This document shows, piece by piece, positions 1-9,528 of a stretch of 64,000 nt of DNA (within the stretch, counting starts at the first letter, position 1; the number at the start of each line of letters is the position of its first letter). The stretch covers positions 3,038,001-3,102,000 of the forward strand of contig OZ251222.1 in the NCBI GenBank assembly GCA_965240325.2. Reading direction: 5' to 3'. A model generated the notes under the pieces. The model was not told the origin of the DNA. It ran no database searches and saw only the letters and a program-made list of their open reading frames with translations. A program made the translations under genes and the position numbers. This DNA comes from Rebecca billardiae RCC1528 (taxonomy: Eukaryota; Protista; Haptophyta).

Positions 1-398
1 TTGGCCAGTTCCATGTGCGCGGCTGCCTGCAGCGCTCTGTCCGTCGTGGGGAACTCAGCGATGTTCTTGCCGATCGCGCCAAAAGCCAGTGACATGTCGG
101 TCACAGCGTCACTCATCGCGGTGGAGGCGATGGCGGACAGACCCTCGACGTCGGCCTTAGTGATTTGTCGCGTCTGCACGTCCGTGTGCACGCGTGGCGC
201 CGCGCCGACCAGCTCGACGGGTACAAGGACGCCTTCCTCTGGCCTTGGTGTGCGCGCGCGTCGGCCTGCCTGAGACCTTGCGGAGGAGCGCTTCGGCTGG
301 GAGCCACGCTTGGATTTGGAAGAGCCTGTGCGCCAGCATTCCCCGACACCGGCGAGGCCGCAGCCGAGTAGGACGAGGAGCGCTAGCCGCAGCCGCAT
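1..398 (-). CDS. 5' part of a signal-peptide-bearing protein of unknown function; runs off the window start
   Basis: Manual translation from ATG at 398: MRLRLALLVLLGCGLAGVGEC...QITKADVEGLSAIASTAMSDAVTDMSLAFGAIGKNIAEFPTTDRALQAAAHMELA, open to position 1. Absent from the ORF track because there is no stop. Head-to-head with the ankyrin gene. Confidence 0.7.
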   Translation of the reverse strand, partial: MRLRLALLVLLGCGLAGVGECWRTGSSKSKRGSQPKRSSARSQAGRRARTPRPEEGVLVPVELVGAAPRVHTDVQTRQITKADVEGLSAIASTAMSDAVTDMSLAFGAIGKNIAEFPTTDRALQAAAHMELA

Positions 399-653
399 CG
401 TTCGACCCGCACTCACGCGTGCCCGTACGCGGCGGTCCCAGGAGCGCTCGCTCGGCTGCCGTCGCGAGCCAAATCAAATCTCAAATCTGTGACTAAACCT
501 CGCCCGTTTTAATTTTCGCGCGCGGAATTTCATCGCGCCCGCCATCACTTTCAATTGGCAGCGGCAGCCGTCCGTGGCGTCCCCGGAATCGGTTGGCTCG
601 CGGTTGGCTCGGGCGCGGCCTGGCGCCGCTCCCGGGCGCGGGTAGACGGCACG

Positions 654-1583
654 ATGGAGGACGCAACCGCGACGGTCCAAGGAGGTGTGCCGATGGAGGT
701 GGTGGCGCCTGAGGCACTCGCAGCCGCTGCCCGCACTGCGGCTGAGCTCGACGCCGAGGCGCTGCGGCGCCACCTCAGCGGCGACGGCCTGCCTTCGGAG
801 GCAGGACACGTGTGCGCGCGCGCGTGCGACACACACGGGTTCACGCTGCTGCACCATCTCGCCATCTTCGGACGCGCAGAGCTGGTGCGCATCCTGGCAA
901 GGGAGTTCGGCGTTCTGGTGGACGCGCCAAACCAGCAGGGCGTGACGCCGCTCCTCGCTGCCGTGACCGCGGGCAACCTCGACACGGCGAGCGCGCTCCT
1001 CGATGAGGGCGCGTCGGCCACGCAGGGCGGTGCACTTGGTGGGCCATCTGACAGCCCCGTGGCGCTCGCTGTCGAGCGTGGCCACGCCCCACTGGTGCGC
1101 CTTCTCGTGCGCGCGCTGGCCGACGTGAACGCGCGCAGCGGCGAGCACCGCGAGCCCCCGCTCTCCTTCGCAGCACGCAGCGGGCAAGTGGAGGTCCTCG
1201 ACGCGCTGCTCGAGGCTGGCGCTGACGCACTCGCAGAGGACGAGCGGGGCTTTACGCCGCTGATGCAGGCCGCGGCGGCAGGCCACGCGCACGTCGTCAC
1301 GCGACTCATTGCTGCGCGTGCCGACGCCAGCGCCGCGCCTGACGCATATCTCAAGGCAGCGTCGCTCGCCGCGGACACGCGGCACGCGGATGTCGCTCAG
1401 CTGCTCCTCGCCGCGGGGCCTGAGGGCATGACGTCGGCGCCGCCGGGCACTGCGACGGGTGGGGCGGGCGCAGGCCCAGCAGGCGTTCAGTCTGAGTCCG
1501 AGGAGCCCGAAGGTGGGCCCTCTCGCGACGAGCTCGCCAAGTTCGCCGCGGAACGTATGGGTCATGGGCGCGGCGGGCGCTAG
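654..1583 (+). CDS. Ankyrin-repeat protein
   Basis: About 6 ankyrin repeats (GFTLLHHLA, GVTPLLAAV, SPVALAV, PPLSFAA, GFTPLMQAA). First in-frame ATG at 654. Confidence 0.9.
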   Translation: MEDATATVQGGVPMEVVAPEALAAAARTAAELDAEALRRHLSGDGLPSEAGHVCARACDTHGFTLLHHLAIFGRAELVRILAREFGVLVDAPNQQGVTPLLAAVTAGNLDTASALLDEGASATQGGALGGPSDSPVALAVERGHAPLVRLLVRALADVNARSGEHREPPLSFAARSGQVEVLDALLEAGADALAEDERGFTPLMQAAAAGHAHVVTRLIAARADASAAPDAYLKAASLAADTRHADVAQLLLAAGPEGMTSAPPGTATGGAGAGPAGVQSESEEPEGGPSRDELAKFAAERMGHGRGGR

Positions 1584-1997
1584 GTCTGTCCGGCGCTGCC
1601 GGGGCTTGGCCCTCGGGCGGCCCCGACGCGGCCGCTGCTCACCAGCCCGCCCGCCACTGGCAGCAGCACCGGACTAATTCTATGATTTAAAGACACAGGC
1701 ACGAGGGCGCAGCTCTCCTGATTCGTCTGTCGAAGTACTGAATGGAGTTAATGGAGGATGTCGGAGCGCGTTGGCCGCGGGTGAGGGAGTCGTCGTAACC
1801 GATGCTGATCACACGGTCACTGAGGTAGTAGGCGCCCGGGGATGCCGCTGTTTTGCAGTCGTCGTCGGCCTTGGTCATCATGTAGTTGCCCGTGTCGTCG
1901 TCGTCCGAGGCTGTTCAAGTTGATGCCGTAGTGCAGGTAGTGGATGTGGTCGCCCGGGCCGGTGTGCGCGGCCTAGTGGCCTTGCCGAGTTGAGGGA

Positions 1998-2117
1998 GTA
2001 GTCGCCCTTGCCGTTGAGGAAGTCGTCGTCCTTGCCGTTGAGGAAGTCGTCGCCCTGGCCGCAGAGGAAGTCGTCGCCCTTGCCGTTGAGGAAGTCGTCG
2101 TCCTGGCCGCTGAGGGT
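1998..2117. repeat. 24-bp minisatellite, 5 copies
   Basis: Unit approximately gtcgtcg(c/t)cct(t/g)gccgttgaggaa. The minus strand reads (F/T)L(N/C/S)G(K/Q)(G/D)DD repeats. Confidence 0.9.
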
Positions 2118-2168
2118 GCCTGCGCTGCCCAACCGGGCGCGTCTGGCGCGCCAGCGCCGCGCGCGGCT

Positions 2169-3272
2169 CTACGCCAGCGACTGCGGCGCGGCGGCAGCCA
2201 GGTCACGGGGGGGGTCGCCGAGGGACGCGGTGCGAGCCTGCTTGGCCGGCTTGGCGTCGCTCCCGCCAGCGGAGGAGGGCCCATCCTCCTCCGCCGGCGT
2301 GGACGGCTCGGTCGCCGCGCGCTTGCCGGCTGCCGCGGCGCCGGGGGGCAGGACCAGGCGGTAGTTGGACTCCCCGAGCGCCGGCCTGGCCTGTTGCACC
2401 TCGGGCCCGTCCGACGGCGCGGCCGCGGTTGGTGGCTGGGGTGGCGGGATGGCATCGTCCGAACCCTCCCCCTCGGGCTCCTCCGCCTCCGGGCCGGCGG
2501 GGTCCGCCGCCTGTTGGTCGGCCGGCTGAGGAGCAGGGCGGCGCGCAGCGGCGGGCGGCGCGGGCGGCACAGGCGGCGCGGGCGGCACGCCCCACAGGTT
2601 GTGTGGGACGCGGGCGGCGCCGGCGATGCGGCGGCTCGGCTTGAGCGGCGCGAAGAAGATGGGGTGCTCGGGGTCGATGGGCATGAAACGCAGGCGGAGG
2701 AAGATCAGGTTCACACCGCCGGAGTAGATGTTGGTCTCGACGTGCTCACCGTTGGTCACGTACTTGTTGATGTCGGGCACGATCTGCTCGTAGAGGGCCC
2801 TGTGAAACTGCACGAGCGTCATCGTGGGGCTAACCGGGAGCGTGAGGGACACGTCCTTCGCCTGGGTTGCGAGGTCGGCCGCCGACAGCGCGAGCATCTC
2901 CTGCGTGAGCTCCGTGGTGCACGCCGTGAGAATGTTCGGCATGCACAGGCTGGTGGCCAGGCGGCGGCAGATGGTCATGTTCTCGAGCACCGAGCCGGTG
3001 AAGGAGAAAACGTGCTTATTGCCTTTGGGGTCCTGGGTGAGTCCTGAGAGCAGTCGCCCGCCTTGCGAGTTGGGCGCCACGTCGCTCAGGCAGCGCGCGC
3101 TCAGCTTGATCATCGTCGTGCACATCTGCTGGCCCGCATCCCGCCTGGCGGTGGGGGTGCTCGGCCGTTCCACCTGCAGCCCGCGCTCGAAGTTGTTGGA
3201 AGAGGGGAAGAAGCTCAAGGCGCTCCTGCTGTTGAGACGGTCGCGGAAAAAGCCGTGCTGGTAAGGGGGCAT
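2169..3272 (-). CDS. Hypothetical protein: globular N-terminal ~230 aa plus Pro/Ala/acidic disordered tail
   Basis: Intronless ORF from MPPYQHGFF with strong GC3 bias and normal amino-acid composition. No family recognised. Confidence 0.65.
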   Translation of the reverse strand: MPPYQHGFFRDRLNSRSALSFFPSSNNFERGLQVERPSTPTARRDAGQQMCTTMIKLSARCLSDVAPNSQGGRLLSGLTQDPKGNKHVFSFTGSVLENMTICRRLATSLCMPNILTACTTELTQEMLALSAADLATQAKDVSLTLPVSPTMTLVQFHRALYEQIVPDINKYVTNGEHVETNIYSGGVNLIFLRLRFMPIDPEHPIFFAPLKPSRRIAGAARVPHNLWGVPPAPPVPPAPPAAARRPAPQPADQQAADPAGPEAEEPEGEGSDDAIPPPQPPTAAAPSDGPEVQQARPALGESNYRLVLPPGAAAAGKRAATEPSTPAEEDGPSSAGGSDAKPAKQARTASLGDPPRDLAAAAPQSLA

Positions 3273-4171
3273 GGTGGCCGGTGTGGCGGGCGCGGGGCTG
3301 CGGAGGGCCGGGGGGCGGGTGCGGAAGCACTGCGGTGCGAGCGAGGTCGGTGCTGGTGCCAAAGGCATTTCGGCGCGCGGGGTTGAAATCAAATTTCAAA
3401 ACCCAGGTCCGGAGTGGCCCCGCCGGTCCCCCGGACCACGGCGGCCCGTCGTGCGTTTCGGGGGGAGAGGGGTTTGTCGCGAAACGGGCAGGATGGGGAA
3501 AAGGGGGGGGGGGGGGGGGGGGGGGGCTCGCGGCCGCCGCGGGGAGGCCGGGACGGGCGCGGTCTCCACCTGAGGGCCGGGCGCTGCTCAGGAAGGAGGG
3601 CGGCCCACACTCCGCGTGTCGCTCCCCAGTGCCTCCGCACAGGCACACCGCAGGTGTTCGCCGTCGTGTCGGGATGAGCATGCGCTTGGCGTCCGCACCC
3701 GGGGCCAGTCCTTTCATGGTCAGCAAGCAGGCGGGGGGGGGGCGTGCGTGTGCAAGCGCGGGTGGATATGTCGTGTCTGCGATATGCGGAGTGTTGGATG
3801 CGGGTTGCGCCGGTGCCCCAGGGCACCGGTGAGTGTGTAGCTGTTTCGGGCACGCCTCGCGAACGCGAGGCGCTGGGGACTGGTGTGAAATCACGATGAC
3901 GTCGTTTTATTTAGACGACGACAGTTGACTCGTAACGAGATACGCACACCGTTCGGGCGGTTCAACCGCATCTCTAAATACGGTTCACATCGCTGGATTC
4001 CTCACTACTCACAGGGCTCTTGAGGAATCCGAGCGACTCTCAGAGGGTCCTTTGCTCAGAGGGCGAAGAGAGGGTTCCGGACGACAGCTCGGCGAGAATC
4101 TAAAGGTCGGCGGTCGCGCGCAGAACACGAGGGCGGCGCGGCGCCTCCTCGCGTGGAGCAGGCGTTACTCG

Positions 4172-4728
4172 ATGGCGTCGACGCTCGTGCGCGCCGTCGG
4201 CCGCATGCGTGCATGTGCTGGGCGTATCGCGTGCCGATCGTACCACCACGGTGACCACGCCGCTGTCGCCCGCCTCCTCCTTCCCGACGCGCCGCCTCCG
4301 TACACGTTCCTCGGTCGGCTTGAGTGGACATTTGCGCCTTCACATCCGACGCTGGTGCCGTGGGAGGCGGTACAGCTACCGCCCCTGGCTCAGCCCCGTG
4401 AATTTGTCCCTCTCGGCCCGGATGCACTGGAGTTCGACCTGAGCATAATACAGCTCATGCCCAAGCGTGAGTACATTCCGCGGTGGCGCAAGCGCAAATC
4501 AAAGCATGGCTTCCGGAGGTGCGCTTGCTCCCGCTGTGATGCTCGCCAAGCGCTCAACGGTTCCCTGAGCCAAGCGCACGGTGTATGCATGGCCAACGAT
4601 GCTCACGCCCCCCCCCCCCCCCGTTATCCACCCTCCCTTCTCACCCACACAGGCGGATGTCCACGGTTGGCGGGCGGCGCGTGATTGGCAGACGGAGGGC
4701 AAAAGGCCGCAAGCGACTCGCCGTCTGA
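4172..4728 (+). CDS. MRPL34: Mitochondrial ribosomal protein bL34m (2 exons: 4172-4518, 4653-4728)
   Basis: Splicing the GT..CAG intron 4519-4652 gives [43 protein letters not shown], the L34 signature. Arg-rich presequence-like N-terminus. Confidence 0.9.
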
Positions 4729-5347
4729 CTTGAATGAATGACAGTCGTTTGTGCTATGAGAGCTTCCAATGGTGGGGTGCGGCCAGCTGTGATCACCTTC
4801 GTTGTGGTGGCCCCGGGCCCGGCTGGCGACTAAGTATAACTGATGCGCGACTAACTGACTCCCTGAAGTTCTCGGCGCGGGATATAATTCTCATGATCGG
4901 ACGGCCTAGTACTAGAGTTCTAGAGTATATGATGCCTACTCAGGACGAAGCAGTGAATAGTAGTATGATATTTAATGACTAAGACCGCGGTTACTAGTTA
5001 AGCTATAAGCTACTAAAAGGCTCGGGCTATAACTAGCTTTAAATTAATAAGCTACGATATTGCTTTTATTAAATGACCGCCGCGTTCCCGCGCGGTCCGC
5101 TCTTCCGACCTTCCGTCAGCACAGACAGCTAACCCGAACCGCTCTTGCGGTTACGTGGGTGCTGTAATAGTGTCAGCAGAACTTGACAGTAGTTATATTC
5201 ACCATGGTGGCACTGCCGATAGCTTTATCATTTTCGTGGATTCGCGACGGACCAGACTCCAGACTCCAGAGTCCAACTCCACAGAGTCTTGGCGCGATGA
5301 GTCGATGTCACTAGACACTCGACAAGCTCCGAGCCTGCTCAGCACGG

Positions 5348-6043
5348 TCACGGATTCACCACGTGCGCCTTTCCAGCGGTAAGGTCACGCGCGCGACTAA
5401 GAAGCTCGTCTTCAGCACCAGAAGGGACTGAGAACGTGATGCGCACCTCCTCGTCGGCATACTCCTCGCCAACGATGGTCTCCTCGCCCTCATTATGCCC
5501 TCCAAACATGCCAGCGAGCGAGTACAGGCTGCCGACTGCAGAGATAGGAGCGCCGATGGTGACCCTGGCGCGCGGCTCAATCTCTTCGATGAGCCCTTCT
5601 TCTTCTGCTTGCGAGAGGGCCAAACGCGCAGCGGCACCATAGGCTCTGATGAGCCCTCCAGCACCCAGCTTTGGCCCATTACGGTATCGCGCAACGACCA
5701 CAACGCAGTGCTCAAGGCCTGCGCGCCGGATAGCCGAGAGGATGGGCTGGCCGGCGGTGCCAGTTGGCTCACCATCGTCCATGGCGCGCTCGCCATCCGT
5801 GCACACGCAAGCCATCACCGTGTGCCCGGCCTTAGCGTGCTCTCCGGCCAGTTGCTCTCGAAACGCGAGCGCATCTGACAAGGAGTCAACGCGCGAGCAG
5901 GTGGCGATGAAGTTGCTTTTCTTCACCTCGTGCACGACTGGCCCAACGACGCCTGCGAGAGTGCGTAGCGCAGCGGTACCGCGTGCGAACCCAAGCCACA
6001 GCGGCAGCAGGCGAGACGCAACACGAATGGCCACGACCGCCAT
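5348..6043 (-). CDS. IMPACT/YigZ family protein
   Basis: EVKKSNFIA, AGHTVMA, DDGEPTGTAGQPIL and VVVVARYRNGPKLGAGGLIRAY motifs. Confidence 0.92.
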   Translation of the reverse strand: MAVVAIRVASRLLPLWLGFARGTAALRTLAGVVGPVVHEVKKSNFIATCSRVDSLSDALAFREQLAGEHAKAGHTVMACVCTDGERAMDDGEPTGTAGQPILSAIRRAGLEHCVVVVARYRNGPKLGAGGLIRAYGAAARLALSQAEEEGLIEEIEPRARVTIGAPISAVGSLYSLAGMFGGHNEGEETIVGEEYADEEVRITFSVPSGAEDELLSRARDLTAGKAHVVNP

Positions 6044-6203
6044 GAATCTCCTCTCATGATCAAGAGCGCGAGCGAATTCCGGCTGGGCGCAGCCGCAGAG
6101 CCGCTGGCTGCTGGACGCAAGTCAGGAACAGGACTTCGTCGTTGCTGGTTGCTGGTATCGACGACCACATTGTAACCGCCAGCGGGCAAGGCGCCAGGCG
6201 GCT

Positions 6204-6874
6204 ATGGCGTCGACCCAGGGCGGTGCTCAGGAGGCATACAGCGGGGCCGATGGGCTGCGGCGGGCAAAGGACGACGTGAGGGCGGGCAAGACCCTGATCG
6301 ACCGCTTCAACGAGGACAAAAAGAAGCTGCGGCCCGAGGTGGCCGAGGCTGGGATTGTCGTCCTCGACTCCCTCATCTTGCGGCTGAAGAACTTCCGGTC
6401 TGGGCTGAAGAAGACGATTGAGGATCGGCAACAGGAGATCAAGGACCTGGACAAGCAAATTGCGGTCGTGCAGCCAAACTACGACAGAGTCAAGAAGCTG
6501 TACGATGCTCATGTCGCCGAGCGCGATGCGCTGCAGAAGGAGGTGGATGATTTAAACGCCGTGCTGGAGGCCAACGTGAAGGCTGCCAGCGAGGTGCTGT
6601 ACAAGGCCAACCGTGCACATGGTACCATCAGAACGAACATGGCCTCTTCGATGCTCGACGCAAATCGCGGCTTCACGGGCGACGGGCGGCCGCTCCCAGG
6701 GAGGGAAGCAAACGTGCTCAAGAGGCCTGTTAAGGCAGCCAACACTCGAGCAGGGTGTGTGCTTTGCGCCGTTGCTGCGTTCCAATCGCACAGGGGCCTT
6801 TGTGACGCGCAGATCGGCTGACCAGATCGCGCCCCCGCTCCCACAGGTTGCCATTGCCGCGCAAGTACGGATGA
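6204..6874 (+). CDS. Coiled-coil protein (exons 6204-6754, 6847-6874)
   Basis: Heptad-rich ORF. A phase-compatible GT..CAG intron at 6755-6846 gives the C-terminus GLPLPRKYG*. Confidence 0.7.
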
Positions 6875-7895
6875 TAATATGGGTGCGCACCGCTGCTCGG
6901 GCACATTCGCGCTTGCTGTCAGAGTGCTGTGCCGTGTCACGTGTGCGGTGCCAGACCGTGCCTTGAGAGTTGACTGTTGAGTGTGTGAGATCGGACAACT
7001 TCAGACAGTTCAGTCCGAGCGGAGGTTGAGTCATCCGCCCGGCGACATCAGAACTAACGGCCGTTAATCGACGCCTTCGGTAAAATTTGGCCAGTGGACC
7101 GGTTCTCGGAGTCCGAAGAGACAGACCGGCAGACCGGGAGTACGCGCGGCTGCGGTCACTGACACTAACTACTGAGACTGAGAGTGAGAGTAACTACTGA
7201 GTGCCACTCCCGGCTGCAAGCAGACAGTGAGTGTCGTACTGTAACCGGGCCGGTGCTGCCAGCTGCGGGCTGCTGGTGCGACTGCGGCGTGAGTTCATGC
7301 ACAGCGGGCCAGCGCCCCGGCCTGGGCCAGCGGCGTCCGGCCTCCCGGGGCCTCCGGCCCGGGCCCTCCGGCCGTGAGTCCGGGCGCGGCCCGGCACGGG
7401 CTCGGGCGACCGCGACTCGCCGACCGTGACGCGGACCCGTCGCGGCCGCCAGTCGGGGCAGGCCGCAGTCAGCAGTGACCAGTGTGTCACCGTGCTCGCT
7501 CGGTCACTTTGACTTTGACAATATATTAGCTACAGCTCATTTGACTTTGACAATTAGCTGTGACAGCTGAGCTGACACCGAGATCCGCGGCGAACACCGT
7601 CATTTCCCGGCGGTGCGCCACTGAATGAATAGTCCATACATACGGCATACCGCCATTGACCATGTCTGCAGGTACTTGGCAGTTGGCAAACGCCCACACA
7701 CGGCGCACATGCGGAGCTGCCAAGCGTGCACGGATACGTCTTTCGCACCATGCGGCGTGGTCGTGTGAGTCTTCGTGTGAGTCTGCCATCCGGGTCTGGG
7801 CAGCTGTCGCGTGTCCCATGCCTGCCCAAATCATCCCCAGGGCAACCGATGTGGCAGGACCCGATTCGTAGCCGGCGCAGCAACGACGCACTTGT

Positions 7896-8285
7896 TCAAG
7901 CTTCGTTGTTCTGCAAGCGCTCGATGAGCGCACGCTGCTCCTGGTCGACGCGAGAGAGTGACTCATGCTGCGCTGTGAGCCGCTCCAGCTCTGCTTTGCG
8001 CTCGTTCAGCGTCGCCTGCACTTCTCGCCGCCTGCGCTTGCGCGCTTCGGCCTCGCCAAGGACTTTGTTTCCAAGCCCGATCGTTCGCAGCTTCTGCGCG
8101 TCGATGACCTGCTGCTTGGCGTCCATCACTTGCATGAACTCAGTGACGATCTCGTGGAACTGCTTCGTCTTCGAAATGAAGACATTGCAATCCTCTTGCA
8201 GTGCAGTGGCCTGCTCGAGCTTGTCGGGGGGCAGCAGTCGAATGCCATCCTTCTCCACCGACAAGTGGTCCTTGGCCGCGGTCAT
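7896..8285 (-). CDS. IFT20: Intraflagellar transport protein 20
   Basis: 129-aa coiled coil with IRLLPPDK..ATALQEDCNVF..K..F, QKLRTIGLGN and EQRALIERL matching IFT20. Confidence 0.9.
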   Translation of the reverse strand: MTAAKDHLSVEKDGIRLLPPDKLEQATALQEDCNVFISKTKQFHEIVTEFMQVMDAKQQVIDAQKLRTIGLGNKVLGEAEARKRRRREVQATLNERKAELERLTAQHESLSRVDQEQRALIERLQNNEA

Positions 8286-8616
8286 CTGCTTCGGACGCTC
8301 GCTGCCGCGCGATCGTCGAGCTGTGACCCCTGACCCCTGCCTTGCCTCGGCGCGCCCCTTGGCAACCGCCCAGCCTCACCAGCCAGCGCTTTGACCTCCC
8401 CGTCCGGTTGCTCAGCGAGGTCGAGCCGGAAACGTTCGGAGGCCGTGTCCGGACGCACGGGTGCGTTGCCCCGAACTGAATACAACGAATACAACCATAG
8501 GTGCCAACGGCTTTTCTTGCGGCGCGCCTCTAGCCGGGAACCACCGAGGGCGTGGCCAGGGTGGGCGTGACCCTCGTCGAGCCAAGGGTGACGACACCCT
8601 TGGTCGAGCGAACGAC

Positions 8617-9474
8617 ATGGCTGTGCGTCTCCTGGGCGCCGAGCAGCTACAGGTCCTGGATGCCACCGCGGCGGCGAGTGGTGGCGTCCCTCGCGCGACG
8701 ATCCGGTCCCAAAAGAATGGGCGCGAGCTGCTCGTGCTGAAGGTGCGCGACCAGTGGCACTGCATCGATGGCCGGTGCCATCATATGGGCGCGAGCTTGC
8801 AGGATGCGTGCGTCGTGGACATCGAAGACGAGCCTCATCTCGTGTGCCCGGCCCATGGTCGGTTGATCCGCCTGTCCACGGGCGAGCTCGTCGAACAGCG
8901 CCTGCAGGCCGGCGATGCGGTGCGCCAATCGCCACACTCCCTGGGCGTGCGGCAGCGCATCCATGAGACTGCTCTCGACGTGGATGGCGCTCTGCACGTT
9001 CGCCTCAGTGCTCCCGCACAGACGGGGCAGATCGAGTCCGATCAGTACAATCTGCACCAGGAGCCGGCAGGCGTCTACCCGAACGATTCGCCGAAACCCA
9101 TGGGCCAGCTTGCATTCCGTGCACGCAAGCAGCGAGCAACAGCTGCAATTGCAGCAGCACAGAAAGTACCACGAACGGCCGTGCCTGCGGACGTGCCGCT
9201 TCGGGAAGAGGCGCCTACAGACATCATCGAGCTGGACAAGGACGACGAGGTCTTCGCGACACCTCCGGATAGCTCGATGACTGCCCCAGGTGCCGGTGGC
9301 AACGGCGTGCTCGTCGCGCCTCCTGACAATGTGCGCACCACTGCCAAGCGCCCACGGGGAGCCCCGGCGACCATTTTGGACTACTTCCCGCGGGGCGCCA
9401 CGACGACTCACGAGCAGCAGGCACAGCAGCTCGAACCCTCTGGAACGGAGTCCGAGCCCATGGATCTCACCTGA
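8617..9474 (+). CDS. Rieske [2Fe-2S] domain protein (RFESD-like)
   Basis: CHHMG and CPAHG boxes, DIED motif, GVRQRIHE motif. Confidence 0.88.
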   Translation: MAVRLLGAEQLQVLDATAAASGGVPRATIRSQKNGRELLVLKVRDQWHCIDGRCHHMGASLQDACVVDIEDEPHLVCPAHGRLIRLSTGELVEQRLQAGDAVRQSPHSLGVRQRIHETALDVDGALHVRLSAPAQTGQIESDQYNLHQEPAGVYPNDSPKPMGQLAFRARKQRATAAIAAAQKVPRTAVPADVPLREEAPTDIIELDKDDEVFATPPDSSMTAPGAGGNGVLVAPPDNVRTTAKRPRGAPATILDYFPRGATTTHEQQAQQLEPSGTESEPMDLT

Positions 9475-9528
9475 TGCGTGGCGACGTGCATCCACTAATC
9501 CCCTTGACGGCATGCCCGCGATTACTTG

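Noticed and set aside
1998-2117. CRISPR-like array
   Set aside because: Repeats are contiguous with no unique spacers, there are no cas genes, and the context is eukaryotic.
3880-3930. Hammerhead-like motif (GATGA / GAAA near stems)
   Set aside because: The CTGANGA..GAAA core order and stems could not be assembled.
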